Positions 8,424 through 17,984 of a DNA stretch of 35,746 nt are shown here, in pieces (the first letter of the stretch is position 1; each line of letters begins with the position of its first letter). The position numbers and the translations under genes are program-made. Source of the DNA: Chloroflexota bacterium (GTDB lineage: Bacteria; Chloroflexota; UBA5177); contig DAINCT010000001.1 in NCBI GenBank assembly GCA_036732245.1, positions 1 to 35,746 of the forward strand, in the 5' to 3' direction. Below the pieces are notes generated by a model, which was not told the DNA's origin, made no database searches, and saw only the letters and a list, made by a program, of their open reading frames with translations.

Positions 8424-10907
8424 CTACGCCACGGACAGCGTCCACTGCTGGTTGGACTGGTTCAGCGGAATCCACTGATCCACCGTGCCTCCGTTGCTGG
8501 TGGAGTTCCCACCGACCTCGAGCGCCTGCTTGCTCTGGAAGTTACGAATCACGTAGCTCCCGGCTGGGCCGGCCTCGAAGTACCACAGCTGGTCGCTGCT
8601 CGCCGTGTAGGTCTCCTGGTCGACGGCGGCGCCGTGCGCGAAGAGGCCGCCGTTGATGCCCAGAGCCAACCCGCTGTTGTGGTTGATGATCTCGTACAGG
8701 CCACCGCCCACCGAGTGGATCTGCCACTGCTGGTTCGTGCCGTTGTTCTTCGTCCACTGTTCGAGCGCCGTTCCATTGGCCGTCGAGCTGTTCGCGATGT
8801 CCCCCACGAGACCCGAGTTGACGTTCGTCAGGTAGTAGTAGCTGCTCCCGGAGGTACCGGGGTCGGCTGGCGCGCTGCCGGTCGCTCCCTCGGCGCCGAG
8901 TACGCGCACCTCGGCGATGAAGAAGTACTGCCCATCCGTCTTCTGAACGCGCAGGTAGCGGAAGGCTGCCGAGGTTCCGACCTTGAAGTCGGCACTGCCC
9001 GCGTTGGGGATCGACGCCGTCTCGCGCGCCACAGTTGTGTACGTGGCGAACGTTGGGTCATTCGATACCTCAACCTGGAAACCGGTTCTGGTTTGCGACT
9101 GATCGAGATCCTGCCGCGCAAGCACCTGAACCTGGTCGATCGAGGTGGCGGTGCCGAGGTCAACCTGCCACCACGAGTTGGTGTCTGCGCCGGTCGGCGA
9201 CCAGCCGGTGCTTCCCAGACCGTCGGCCGCGGCTGGTGCCGCAAACCCCGATGAGAAGGTCGAAGACGCCGACGTCGACTTGCCGTAGGCGAGGTCGACA
9301 GCGTTGCGCAGCCCTGCATACGCGGCCTCGAGGCCGGCACCCTGGATCACCGAGGTGCCGCTCGAAACGTTGTTGCTCAGGGTGACGGATGGGCCGTTCG
9401 CGTTCTGCACCACGGGGTTGTCAACGTTTGAAATCACGTTGTTCGAACCTGTGAGCTGAGACGAACCCTCATCGAAGTACAGTCCGCCCGCAGCGCTTGT
9501 GCACGCCGCTGCCGAGTGGTTGATGTCGTGAAGGTAGTTGTTCGAATACGTGCTACCGGGGTCAACGGAGAGGTGGTAAATACCGCCGGTGTCACACAGC
9601 CGGTTGACCGCGTTGCCGATCTCGTTGAACTTGACGGTGTTGTTGCTCGCGGCGCCCGTGTTGTGCTGCCAACCCCAGCCAACGGTGATGGCCGACCACG
9701 GCACATCGGAGATCTCGTTGTGCTCGATGATTGTGCCGCTCGTCCAGCCGGCGTTGATGCCCGCCGTCCCCAAATAGTCCGTGCCGATTCGCGTGATGAG
9801 GTTGTCGTTAACCGTGTTGCCGGTCGCGACCTCCCGCACATCCTCGCCAGCAGGGCTCGATGGCGGGTTGTAGAGGGTGTGATATTCGACGGTCGGGTCG
9901 GAGAATTTTCCGATCATGATGCCGTTGCCTGCAGCTCCATTGATGATGTTGCCGATGGCGGAGCTGGTGCGCGTGCCGTGGTCGAGCGCGGTCGATCCGA
10001 CACCCCGGAACCTGTTGCCCGTGATCTGGATGTTGTTGGCATCCGCCACGTGCACGGCAGCCGGCGGCCGAGCGACGTATTGCTGGTTCTGGAGGTTGGC
10101 GCTGACGTTGTACAGGCCGCCCTGTGCGTTCAGGTAGCCGGAGGTCGTTGGCAACATCCAGGTGGTTCCGGTAAACGTGATCCCCGAGAACGAGACGTTC
10201 TGCGCGGGGCTGTCCAGGTTCGCACCCGAGATGTCGACAAGGGTCTGGACCGACGGAGCGGTCACGGCTGCGCTCGACATGTTCTCCCCCGCCCGAGGCA
10301 GGTAGTAGACCGTGCTCGACGGGCTGTCCAGATACCACTCACCCGGCTGCGTCACGAAGGCGCCCTCGTTCTGCCACCGAAACGACGAGCCGTTGGCGAG
10401 GATCGGGTATGGGCGCTGGAAGAGGATGCCCGCCTCGGCGCCGTCGAATGAAACGGTGGCGCTTGAGCCGTTGACCACGATCGACGTGACTCTGAGGTAG
10501 CTCTCGCCCCACTGCGTCTCGAGAACCATTTCGGGGTTGCCCTGGCCCGCCCACGATCCGACCGAGCTCGCCGGCACCGTGATGGTCTTGTTCGCGCTCG
10601 ACGACGCGATGATCTGATACCAGCCGTTGTCGGGGCTCTGCGCGCGGGTCGCTTCGACGCCGTTGACATAGAGCTGGCGGAACGCAAGTGAACCGACGCT
10701 TGCCTTGAACTGGCCACCGCTGGCCGCGGTCCATCCGGAGATCGTTTGCGCGCCGGAGACGACAGGTGTTGCACCGCTCGCGGCCTGCCAGCGGACGAAG
10801 TTTCCGTTGGTACCGGAGTCGGAAGAATTCAGCGACAGGGTGGACGTCTGGGCGTATGTGCCGCTCATCAGATTGACGTCGATGTCCCCCGACATCGAAC
10901 CGTCCAC
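8424..10907 (-). CDS. Right-handed beta-helix (glycosidase/lyase-like) + F5/8 type C (discoidin) + ricin-type beta-trefoil lectin protein; the reading frame continues upstream to an in-frame TGA
   Basis: Parallel beta-helix repeats (NNIQITGNRF.., GNTVNDNLI.., NTVKFNEIGN.., SNNVISNV..). Discoidin-like block (WWQVDLG...YLRVQ...EVRVLG). Three QxW-type ricin repeats (NQQWQI, DQLWYF, NQQWTL). Confidence 0.85.
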   Translation of the reverse strand: MDGSMSGDIDVNLMSGTYAQTSTLSLNSSDSGTNGNFVRWQAASGATPVVSGAQTISGWTAASGGQFKASVGSLAFRQLYVNGVEATRAQSPDNGWYQIIASSSANKTITVPASSVGSWAGQGNPEMVLETQWGESYLRVTSIVVNGSSATVSFDGAEAGILFQRPYPILANGSSFRWQNEGAFVTQPGEWYLDSPSSTVYYLPRAGENMSSAAVTAPSVQTLVDISGANLDSPAQNVSFSGITFTGTTWMLPTTSGYLNAQGGLYNVSANLQNQQYVARPPAAVHVADANNIQITGNRFRGVGSTALDHGTRTSSAIGNIINGAAGNGIMIGKFSDPTVEYHTLYNPPSSPAGEDVREVATGNTVNDNLITRIGTDYLGTAGINAGWTSGTIIEHNEISDVPWSAITVGWGWQHNTGAASNNTVKFNEIGNAVNRLCDTGGIYHLSVDPGSTYSNNYLHDINHSAAACTSAAGGLYFDEGSSQLTGSNNVISNVDNPVVQNANGPSVTLSNNVSSGTSVIQGAGLEAAYAGLRNAVDLAYGKSTSASSTFSSGFAAPAAADGLGSTGWSPTGADTNSWWQVDLGTATSIDQVQVLARQDLDQSQTRTGFQVEVSNDPTFATYTTVARETASIPNAGSADFKVGTSAAFRYLRVQKTDGQYFFIAEVRVLGAEGATGSAPADPGTSGSSYYYLTNVNSGLVGDIANSSTANGTALEQWTKNNGTNQQWQIHSVGGGLYEIINHNSGLALGINGGLFAHGAAVDQETYTASSDQLWYFEAGPAGSYVIRNFQSKQALEVGGNSTSNGGTVDQWIPLNQSNQQWTLSVA

Positions 10908-11000
10908 CGCACGGACGGCGGTCTGCGCCTTCGCAAGCGTTTTGAACGCTGCGCCGGATGATGTTCCGGGGTTTGAGTCACTCCCGACGACGGGGTCAAC

Positions 11001-11108
11001 TCAGTAGTTGGTCGTGGACGCCGACGCGATCGCGGCGGGGCCGGTGACGGCGATTCCTAATCCAAAAACGATGGCCACAAATAGGCCCGAACGCGTGCGC
11101 ATTGCCAT
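11001..11108 (-). other. Signal-peptide-encoding leader of the beta-helix/lectin gene, separated from it by an in-frame TGA (11003-11001)
   Basis: AGGAGG (11124-11119), then ATG 11108: MAMRTRSGLFVAIVFGLGIAVTGPAAIASASTTNY-TGA-VDPVVGSDSNPGTSSGAAFKTLAKAQTAVRAV-(GTG 10907). All of this is in one frame with the downstream ORF. Confidence 0.7.
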
Positions 11109-11240
11109 TCTTGAATTGCCTCCTCATCGAGACGGCGACCCCCATTGGCCGCACCGGTTGATGATACATAACATGTCTTATCAATAGCAAGCGAACTTTC
11201 GAGCGGGTGATTCTCGGGCGCCCCGCGCCCGTTCTCGCCC

Positions 11241-12008
11241 CTACTCGCGTGGTCGGACCCGGAGGTTGTGGACGCCGCCGTCGACTTCGAGTGCGGTGCC
11301 GGTCGTGGAGGCCGACAGTGGGCTCGCCAGATACAGGATCGCACCCGCAACTTCCTCGGGGGTCACCATCCGCCCGGTCGCCTGCCGCGCATCCAGGGCG
11401 GCACGTTCCGCGACAGGATCATCAAATTTCGCCAGCATCCGGTCCACGAACGGGGTCGCCACGGTGCCCGGGCTGACACAGTTCACCCGAACACCCTCCG
11501 CAACATGATCGGTCGCCATCGCAAAGGTCAACGCCAACACGGCACCCTTCGACGCCCCATACACGGCCCGCTGCGGCAGACCATTCAGAGCCGCGATGGA
11601 ACACACATTCACAATCGACGCGCACGGGGATAACCGCAGCCACGGCAGCACGGCTGCGGACACCCGCGCCATGCCAATCACGTTAATGTTCAGAACGCGC
11701 GCCCACTCGGCATCATCGTTGTCTTCCACCGTTCCCACCGCACTGATGCCCGCATTGTTGATGAGGATGTCGATCCGCCCACATCGCTCCCCCACCGCAG
11801 CGACCGCGGCATCCACGGATGCCCGGTCCGAGACATCCGCCACAAACCCGACCAGTGACTCCGGGAGGCCGTCGAGGTTCAGGTCCAACACCGCAACCGT
11901 TGACCCTGCCGCAACCAAAGCCTGCGCTGTTGCGAGCCCAATCCCGGAAGCACCCCCGGTCACCACCGCAACTGTGCCATCGAATTCGGTGCCCACACAT
12001 TCGCTCAT
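11241..12008 (-). CDS. SDR family oxidoreductase (candidate 2-keto-3-deoxy-sugar-acid 4-dehydrogenase)
   Basis: TGGASGIG cofactor motif and YGASK catalytic motif. ATGA start/stop overlap with the upstream FAH gene. Confidence 0.85.
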   Translation of the reverse strand: MSECVGTEFDGTVAVVTGGASGIGLATAQALVAAGSTVAVLDLNLDGLPESLVGFVADVSDRASVDAAVAAVGERCGRIDILINNAGISAVGTVEDNDDAEWARVLNINVIGMARVSAAVLPWLRLSPCASIVNVCSIAALNGLPQRAVYGASKGAVLALTFAMATDHVAEGVRVNCVSPGTVATPFVDRMLAKFDDPVAERAALDARQATGRMVTPEEVAGAILYLASPLSASTTGTALEVDGGVHNLRVRPRE

Positions 12009-12871
12009 GCCTGCCTCAACTCCTGCCGGGCCCTGCCCAGCCCATCAATCTCCAGCACGACCACATCCCCTGCGCGCAAGTATGGTTTGGGTTCCGGCTG
12101 ACCCAACGCCACCCCGGCCGGCGTTCCGGTGTTGATGATGTCGCCCGGTTGCAACACCATGAACTGGCTCAAATACCAGACAATGTGATTCACGCCGAAA
12201 ATCATGGTCGCCGTGCTGCCGTTCTGACGCAGCACACCATTGACCCACAGCCGCATCCCCATGCCCTGCGGATCCGGGATCCCGGATGCCGCAACCAACA
12301 CCGGCCCGAACGGGTTAAACGTTTCGCAACTCTTGCCCTTATCCCACTGCCCGCCACGCTCCAACTGGAACTCCCGCTCCGACACATCATGCGACAACGC
12401 AAACCCCGCAATATGCGCCGGCGCATCCTCCGGGGAAGCCAAATACCGTGCCGTACTACCGATCACCACCGCAAGCTCCACCTCCCAATCCGTCTTCACC
12501 GACAGACGCGGCACCAACACATCATCATTCGGACCCACCAGCGTTGACGGGTCCTTCATAAACACCACCGGCTCCGCAGGGATATCCGCGTGCGTCTCCT
12601 CCGCATGATCCCGATAATTCAAACCAATGCACACGATCTTCGTCGGACGCGCGACCGGCGCACCCACCCGCAGGGAGCCCGCGTTCGCGAGCACCGGAAG
12701 CGAACCCGCCACACACGCCGCTTGCGCCCGCGCGAGACCACCACTAGCCAGAAACGCACCATCAATATCCGCCGTCAACAACCGCAAGTCATAGCTCACA
12801 CCATCCACCTGCAACACAGGGACCTCCGAACCAGGGGCACCCAACCGCGCAAAATCCATCGACTTCTCCAT
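12005..12871 (-). CDS. Fumarylacetoacetate hydrolase (FAH) family protein (candidate 2,4-diketo-3-deoxy-sugar-acid hydrolase)
   Basis: GLNYRDHAEE... and the C-terminal GD.I.TGTP.G-type segment (GDIINTGTPAGV). Start trimmed to ATG 12871 (MEKSMDFARLG...). The track ORF start at 13045 would overlap the divergent regulator gene. Confidence 0.85.
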   Translation of the reverse strand: MEKSMDFARLGAPGSEVPVLQVDGVSYDLRLLTADIDGAFLASGGLARAQAACVAGSLPVLANAGSLRVGAPVARPTKIVCIGLNYRDHAEETHADIPAEPVVFMKDPSTLVGPNDDVLVPRLSVKTDWEVELAVVIGSTARYLASPEDAPAHIAGFALSHDVSEREFQLERGGQWDKGKSCETFNPFGPVLVAASGIPDPQGMGMRLWVNGVLRQNGSTATMIFGVNHIVWYLSQFMVLQPGDIINTGTPAGVALGQPEPKPYLRAGDVVVLEIDGLGRARQELRQA

Positions 12872-13020
12872 ATTATTGCGTACCTGTAGTACGTATGATG
12901 TCTTGATGATATCGCGACCGCCGCCGGTCAGAATCAGCGGGATGCTCCCGTCTGGGTTATGACCGGAGACTAGACCATGTCTATACGTGTGACGTCCTAA
13001 CTCTGAACTAGAATCGACCA

Positions 13021-13794
13021 ATGACGACCGAAACCCGCACGCCATCCACCCGAGTGCGGGGGGCGCTCAGCAAGGAGCCTCGGATGCCCGCCGAGCGGCT
13101 GGGTATTGGGGTCGTGCGCGACCTCGTCGAGTCGATCGTCTCGGGTGCGGCTAAGCCCGGAGAGACACTCCCTCCCGAGGCGCTACTTGCCACCGAATTC
13201 GCGGTCAGTCGCACGGTCATTCGTGAGTCGATCAAACGCGTCGAGGAGAAGGGCCTGATCCAGGTCGAGCAGGGGCGGGGCACCATCGTGTCTCCGACGA
13301 ACAATTGGAACGTGCTCGATCCAGACGTGCTCGACGCCATGATCGCGCACGACGACTCGCTGGGAATCCTGGATGAAGTGGTGAGTGTGCGGGCGTTGCT
13401 GGAGTCCGAGATGGCGGCCACCGCAGCCTCGCTCGTCACGGACGCCCAAATTGACGAGTTGCGCGCAAGCCTCGAGAGCCAGAGTAAGAGCGTCAACGAC
13501 CTGGTCGCGTTTCCTGCAGGTGACGTTCACTTCCACGCCATCATCATGAGCATCTCCCTGAGCAGACTCGGCGCAAGCATTTCGCGAGTTCTGGTGGGCG
13601 CGGCTATGGAGAGCCATCGTTACCGGGGCGATTTCGGAGACAAGTACTACAAGGACACGCTCGACGAGCACGCGGCCATCCTCAAGGCCATCTCAGAGCG
13701 AGACGTCGCTGGTGCGCACGAGGCCATGCGCCATCACATCCTCGTCGCCTGGGAGCGTCGCCGCCCGCCGCTCGCTCGCAAGGACCAGCCCTAG
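13021..13794 (+). CDS. GntR family (FadR/FCD subfamily) transcriptional regulator
   Basis: Winged HTH LPPEALLATEFAVSRTVIRESIKRVEEKGLIQVEQGRGTIV, followed by an all-helical C-terminal domain. Confidence 0.85.
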   Translation: MTTETRTPSTRVRGALSKEPRMPAERLGIGVVRDLVESIVSGAAKPGETLPPEALLATEFAVSRTVIRESIKRVEEKGLIQVEQGRGTIVSPTNNWNVLDPDVLDAMIAHDDSLGILDEVVSVRALLESEMAATAASLVTDAQIDELRASLESQSKSVNDLVAFPAGDVHFHAIIMSISLSRLGASISRVLVGAAMESHRYRGDFGDKYYKDTLDEHAAILKAISERDVAGAHEAMRHHILVAWERRRPPLARKDQP

Positions 13795-13795
13795 C

Positions 13796-14779
13796 TCACT
13801 CGAGCGGCGCGTCGACGCGCAGCAACCCTGCGGCCTTGAGCTCGGTCCAGAGTTCCCTCGGAACAGTGGCTGCGTGGAGGTCGACGTTTCGACGCACCTG
13901 TGCGGCATTGCGCATACCCAGCGTTACGTTGACGACGGACGGATGGCACAGAGGGAAGGCGATCGCGGCCTGCGGCACGGTGACCCCGAATCGGGCACAC
14001 ACTTCGGCGATCGCGCTCACTTTCGCGATCACGCTCGCCTCTGCCGGCTGGTAGTCGTACTTCGCATCGGCCGCAGGGGTATGGTTCGCGAGCAGACCGG
14101 AGTTAAAGGCGCCCACTGCCACGATGCTCTTGCCCGTGGAGGAGGCCACCCGAAGCGCGTCGTCGAGCGAGTCCTGCTCGAGCAGCGTGTATCGACCGGC
14201 CAGCATTGCCAGATCCATATCGGTGCGCGAGAGCAGCCGTGCGGCCTCAGGACCGCTGTTGGTCCCGACCCCGACCGCGTTCACCACGCCCTGTTCTCGA
14301 AGCTCGACCAGGAACGGAGCCACGCGAATGCCAGCATCCGGGTCCGCCTGATCGGGATCGTGCGCATACAGGATGTCGACCCGGTCGAGCCCGAGCCGCT
14401 CGAGGCTGGCGTCCAGGGATCGACGCACGCCATCCCGGGAGAAGTCCCACTGGCGAACGACATCATCGGGCACCAGGAACCCGTCATTGTCCAGTCCGGT
14501 TCTGTGCTCATTGGGCACCAACAGCCGGCCCACCTTGGTCGAGATCACGTATTCGTCGCGTGGATACTTTCGCAACGCTCGCCCGAGCCGTCGCTCCGAC
14601 AACCCCAGCCCGTAGTGCGGCGCGGTGTCGAAATAGCGGATGCCGAGCGCCCAAGCTGCGTCCACCGCCTCCTCGGACTCGCCGTCGGTGGTCTCCCGGA
14701 AGAGATTGCCCAGGCTCGCTGCACCAAACCCCAGCTCGGTCAGGCGCAGTCCGGCGCGGGCCAGCGTTCTCTCATCCAC
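13796..14779 (-). CDS. Aldo/keto reductase (candidate L-fucose / D-threo-aldose 1-dehydrogenase type)
   Basis: AKR signature ...YFDTAPHYGLGLSERRLG... The specificity is inferred from operon context only. Confidence 0.8.
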   Translation of the reverse strand: MDERTLARAGLRLTELGFGAASLGNLFRETTDGESEEAVDAAWALGIRYFDTAPHYGLGLSERRLGRALRKYPRDEYVISTKVGRLLVPNEHRTGLDNDGFLVPDDVVRQWDFSRDGVRRSLDASLERLGLDRVDILYAHDPDQADPDAGIRVAPFLVELREQGVVNAVGVGTNSGPEAARLLSRTDMDLAMLAGRYTLLEQDSLDDALRVASSTGKSIVAVGAFNSGLLANHTPAADAKYDYQPAEASVIAKVSAIAEVCARFGVTVPQAAIAFPLCHPSVVNVTLGMRNAAQVRRNVDLHAATVPRELWTELKAAGLLRVDAPLE

Positions 14780-15644
14780 GGGCGCCCACCTCCATGTTGT
14801 ATAGGGAGCGCGCGGTTTCGGAAAAGATCGCCGCCCTCTCAGACTCGGCGAGACCGGCCACCAGTGTGCGCGCGGCGCTCAGCCATGAGCCGTAGCCTCC
14901 ACACAGTTCGACCAGGGGCCAGTCGGACCCGAACATCAGTCGCTGCGGGCCGAAGCACTCGAGCGCCACCGTGACGGCGCGCTCGAGGTCACCGAGGGTC
15001 CAGCTCGTCCAGTCCGCCTCCATGGTCAGGCCCGATAGCTTCGCATAAACATTCGGCAGCGCGGAAAGAGCGCGCAGCGCAGATTCCCAGGCCGAAATGT
15101 CTCCGCTACGCAGCGCGGGTTTCGCCAGGTGATCAAGGACAAACGTGAGGCCGGGATGCTCGGAGACAACGCTCGTGCAGTCCACGAGCTGGTCTGGTGT
15201 GACCACGAGGTCGAACGACAGGCCGGCCGCTTCCAGGGCATCCAGACCGTGCGAAACCGATGCCTTGATCAGCCAGTGCGGATCCGGATCGACGTGAGCG
15301 AGATGGCGGATGCCCGAGAGCAGCCGCCCGTTGGGTAGGGAGCGGGCGTCGGCGATCTCCCCCTCGACACCGGACGAAGCAAGATCGACCCAGCCAACGA
15401 GGGCACCGACCGAGGGCGGAAGATCCGCGCTCAGGAGGTCGGCCGTCTCCCGGCTCGAATTACTGGCCTGCACGACGACGGCCGCCTCGACGCCGTTGGC
15501 GGTCAGGACCTCGTCGAGATCGTCGAGCCAGAAGTCCCGGTCGATCGCGGACATGGTGCCCGGGTCAATCCACTCCTGTGGTGTGCGAAGCCGTTGCCAC
15601 AGGTGGACGTGCGCGTCGACAGTTCCGTGCGAATCCGCACCCAC
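14772..15644 (-). CDS. Amidohydrolase 2 / COG3618-type protein (candidate sugar lactonase)
   Basis: N-terminal VDAHVHLW metal-binding motif. GTG at 15644 is preferred: it shares one base with the TAG of the upstream mutarotase gene (cTAGTG). The longer track ORF overlaps that gene. Confidence 0.8.
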   Translation of the reverse strand: MGADSHGTVDAHVHLWQRLRTPQEWIDPGTMSAIDRDFWLDDLDEVLTANGVEAAVVVQASNSSRETADLLSADLPPSVGALVGWVDLASSGVEGEIADARSLPNGRLLSGIRHLAHVDPDPHWLIKASVSHGLDALEAAGLSFDLVVTPDQLVDCTSVVSEHPGLTFVLDHLAKPALRSGDISAWESALRALSALPNVYAKLSGLTMEADWTSWTLGDLERAVTVALECFGPQRLMFGSDWPLVELCGGYGSWLSAARTLVAGLAESERAAIFSETARSLYNMEVGARG

Positions 15645-15970
15645 TAGTCGAGGTGCCAGACGAGTGTCCCGTCGAACCACAGCGCACCCTCCGGAGCGCC
15701 AGGAGCGGGCACCTGGCACGGGTCGATGTGCGACCACCACTCCAGCGATACCGGGTCCGCCTCGATCACCTTCATGTCCGCCTCGTGATCCTCGCCGACG
15801 TACTCGTAGTATGCAATCAGGGTGTCGCCCGCGATGAAAATGGAGTAATTGGTGATGTTGCTCGCCGTGAGCGTCGCCTCGACCTGCGGCCACACAGCAG
15901 CGTGGAGCCGCAGGTACTCCTCGCGACGCTCGGGAACGACATTCACAATCAGTCCGTGACGCTCAATCAT
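15644..15970 (-). CDS. L-rhamnose mutarotase (RhaM) family protein
   Basis: 108 aa: ...EYLRLHAAVWPQVEATL..NITNYSIF....EYVG...WW... This is the pattern of the RhaM family. Confidence 0.8.
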   Translation of the reverse strand: MIERHGLIVNVVPERREEYLRLHAAVWPQVEATLTASNITNYSIFIAGDTLIAYYEYVGEDHEADMKVIEADPVSLEWWSHIDPCQVPAPGAPEGALWFDGTLVWHLD

Positions 15971-17984
15971 TGACGACTACACCTCCCTCGGCCGTGTCCC
16001 ACGGCGCCAGATAGGTTTGCGGATTGGCGTGAAGCACGGTCTTCAGGGTGAGCGTCACCCTGGTTCCGGCGGGCAGCTCGATCGTGAGGTACGAACTGTC
16101 AACCACGGAAACGGCGGTCACCGGATCGATGTCACCGCCAATGTATTGGTAGAAGCTCCCCGTCCAGTTCCCGTCGAACGAGTCGTACGAAACCGTCTCG
16201 ATCTGGTTTTCGGCGTAGGCGCCAGCCTGCAGGATGACCTTCCGGGCGTGAGACGCGGAGAGGTTGACCAGCTCAACCACGGTAGCCTCCGGATCAATAG
16301 AGGACACCAGTGCCGCCACGTCCGCCGGTAGCCCGGCTCGTCGCTCGATGCTGTCCCACCAGCGGATGCGCGTCTGCAGTTGACCGCCGTTGTAGATCAC
16401 CTGCGGACCGCCAAGGGTCAGCTGGGTCAGTGCCTCGGTCACAATCGGTTGCACGAGCTGCCAGATGTGGATGTCTGCCTCGTCGACCGGCTTATTGCCG
16501 AACTGCTCGATCAGCGCAAGGCGACGACGCACCTGATACTGGGCGGCAGCCAAAATCGTCTCAGGATAATCCGGATTATCGCCCTCGAGGTAGGTGAACC
16601 ACGCGTCCTCGTGACCGCCCTCTTCCTTTTCGCGCACCGGTCGGACCGTTCGCCAATCGAACCCACTGCGCTCGCGCAGCATCCGCAGTCGCGCAAGGTC
16701 TGCCGGGTCATTCGAGAAGTGCCAGAGAGCGAACGGGATGGAAACCTGCACGGGGTTCCAGTCGAAGCGCCCCTTGTCGCTGCGACGATAGGGGACCAGC
16801 AGCGTTGGAGTGTCGACGTCGGGTCCGAGGTGCGCGCCCCACCAGTGTTTGACCGACGAATCACTCGTTGCGAAGGCGGCGGTTCGACCGTGAGCGATCA
16901 CGTCATCGTATTGCGCTCGCGCGAGGTCGAGATAGGAGAGGTCGCCGGTGACAATGGCGGCCGCGATCGAGCCCACCGCTGCCGCCTGGCCAAGGCTGTA
17001 GATTCCGTGTGGCCACGTCCATCCGTAGTGGCCACCATAGGTGCGACCGTCAAGCTGCGAGCCCACGACTCCGTCGAGTCCGACGTTGTCGGGAATGATT
17101 CCCTCGTTGGCCTGTGCTCGAGCGCGCCACCCCGACACGTAGCGTTCGATCCACCGTGCATAGCGGGGGTCACCCGTCAGCACGTACGCGTTGAGTACGA
17201 GACCCGAGATGCTCAGGTTTGCGACGACGTCTCCCCGGCCAAGTCGTTGCTGCATTTCGGCGCCAAGCCGAGGATCGGGTGCGAAGTCGCGATGCGGCGC
17301 CGGGGCGCCGTCCATCCAGTCGAGCGGAAACCCGTACTTCCCCGCCTCGTCCGCGAGCCACGGGTAATACTCGGTGTCGGAGACGCCCTCGCGAGCTCCT
17401 CCGCTTCCGGTGTGGGGCGCCTTCACGATGTTGAGCGCCTCGTCGTAGTTTCCGTTTTGCGGGTCAACGTAGAGATCTGCGAAGCGGGTCGCACGTTCTC
17501 GCCATTCCGCAGGCGCGGCGGCCGAGAGAAAGTACATGAAGAGCATCGCTTCGCCCTGGTGGAACCAGTCGTAACCGATCTCGAAGTCGTTCTTCACGAT
17601 GTTCAGCCGGGTCAACTGGTCGGTGAGCGCTCTCCAGTGCTTATTACTCGCAGCCAGGATGCTCGAGTCACCGCCCAGCAGGTAATACTCGGGCCAATTG
17701 AAAAACGATTCGTAAAAGTCATCGCCACCGTCACGCGAACTGAGTTTGCCGGTGTAGCGAAGCGAGCCGTCGGTGTCGCAAAAGCCCGTTTCGAATTGCC
17801 GCCACGAGTCGTCAAGCAGCGCGAACAGCGCGCGCTCGGCGACGGCCCAGGCCGGCGGTTTCGTCAACGGCACTGAAGCCACGATCGTGGTCGAAGCACG
17901 GGAGTCGGCTGGGCTGGGAGTAGACATCGGGTGGCTTTCTGTGAAAATCGTCGGTGAGGGAAGAGTCGGCACGGAGTTTGTCAT
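15963..17984 (-). CDS. Uncharacterised 673-aa cytoplasmic protein inside the sugar operon (possibly alpha/alpha-barrel glycoside hydrolase-like; family not recognised)
   Basis: Long ORF with an ATGA overlap to the upstream permease gene and an 8-nt overlap to the mutarotase gene. No signal peptide. No motif I can assign with confidence. Confidence 0.75.
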   Translation of the reverse strand: MTNSVPTLPSPTIFTESHPMSTPSPADSRASTTIVASVPLTKPPAWAVAERALFALLDDSWRQFETGFCDTDGSLRYTGKLSSRDGGDDFYESFFNWPEYYLLGGDSSILAASNKHWRALTDQLTRLNIVKNDFEIGYDWFHQGEAMLFMYFLSAAAPAEWRERATRFADLYVDPQNGNYDEALNIVKAPHTGSGGAREGVSDTEYYPWLADEAGKYGFPLDWMDGAPAPHRDFAPDPRLGAEMQQRLGRGDVVANLSISGLVLNAYVLTGDPRYARWIERYVSGWRARAQANEGIIPDNVGLDGVVGSQLDGRTYGGHYGWTWPHGIYSLGQAAAVGSIAAAIVTGDLSYLDLARAQYDDVIAHGRTAAFATSDSSVKHWWGAHLGPDVDTPTLLVPYRRSDKGRFDWNPVQVSIPFALWHFSNDPADLARLRMLRERSGFDWRTVRPVREKEEGGHEDAWFTYLEGDNPDYPETILAAAQYQVRRRLALIEQFGNKPVDEADIHIWQLVQPIVTEALTQLTLGGPQVIYNGGQLQTRIRWWDSIERRAGLPADVAALVSSIDPEATVVELVNLSASHARKVILQAGAYAENQIETVSYDSFDGNWTGSFYQYIGGDIDPVTAVSVVDSSYLTIELPAGTRVTLTLKTVLHANPQTYLAPWDTAEGGVVVND

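Noticed and set aside
8406-9254. Long plus-strand ORFs antisense to real genes. Examples: 8406-9254, 9516-10451, 13712-14974, 16380-17876, 19111-19671, 20187-20948, 21655-22716 (minus strand, out of frame with 21867-22841), 30261-31124, 31884-32651 and 24476-25033.
   Set aside because: Their translations are Arg/Pro/Gly-rich with no motifs. They overlap strongly supported genes on the other strand or in another frame. This is the usual open-frame artefact of high-G+C DNA.
11001-11003. The in-frame TGA could be a selenocysteine codon.
   Set aside because: There is no obvious SECIS-like hairpin immediately downstream. The position, at a signal-peptide/mature-protein junction in a secreted glycan-binding enzyme, has no redox rationale. 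Nonsense mutation or base error is more parsimonious.
12872-13020. The shared 8-mer CATCATAC / GTATGATG between the 12890s and 21286 regions as proof of a regulon.
   Set aside because: A single shared 8-mer between two ~100-bp regions on either strand is not clearly beyond chance. I kept it only as supporting context for the stronger TTGATGATA 9-mer observation.
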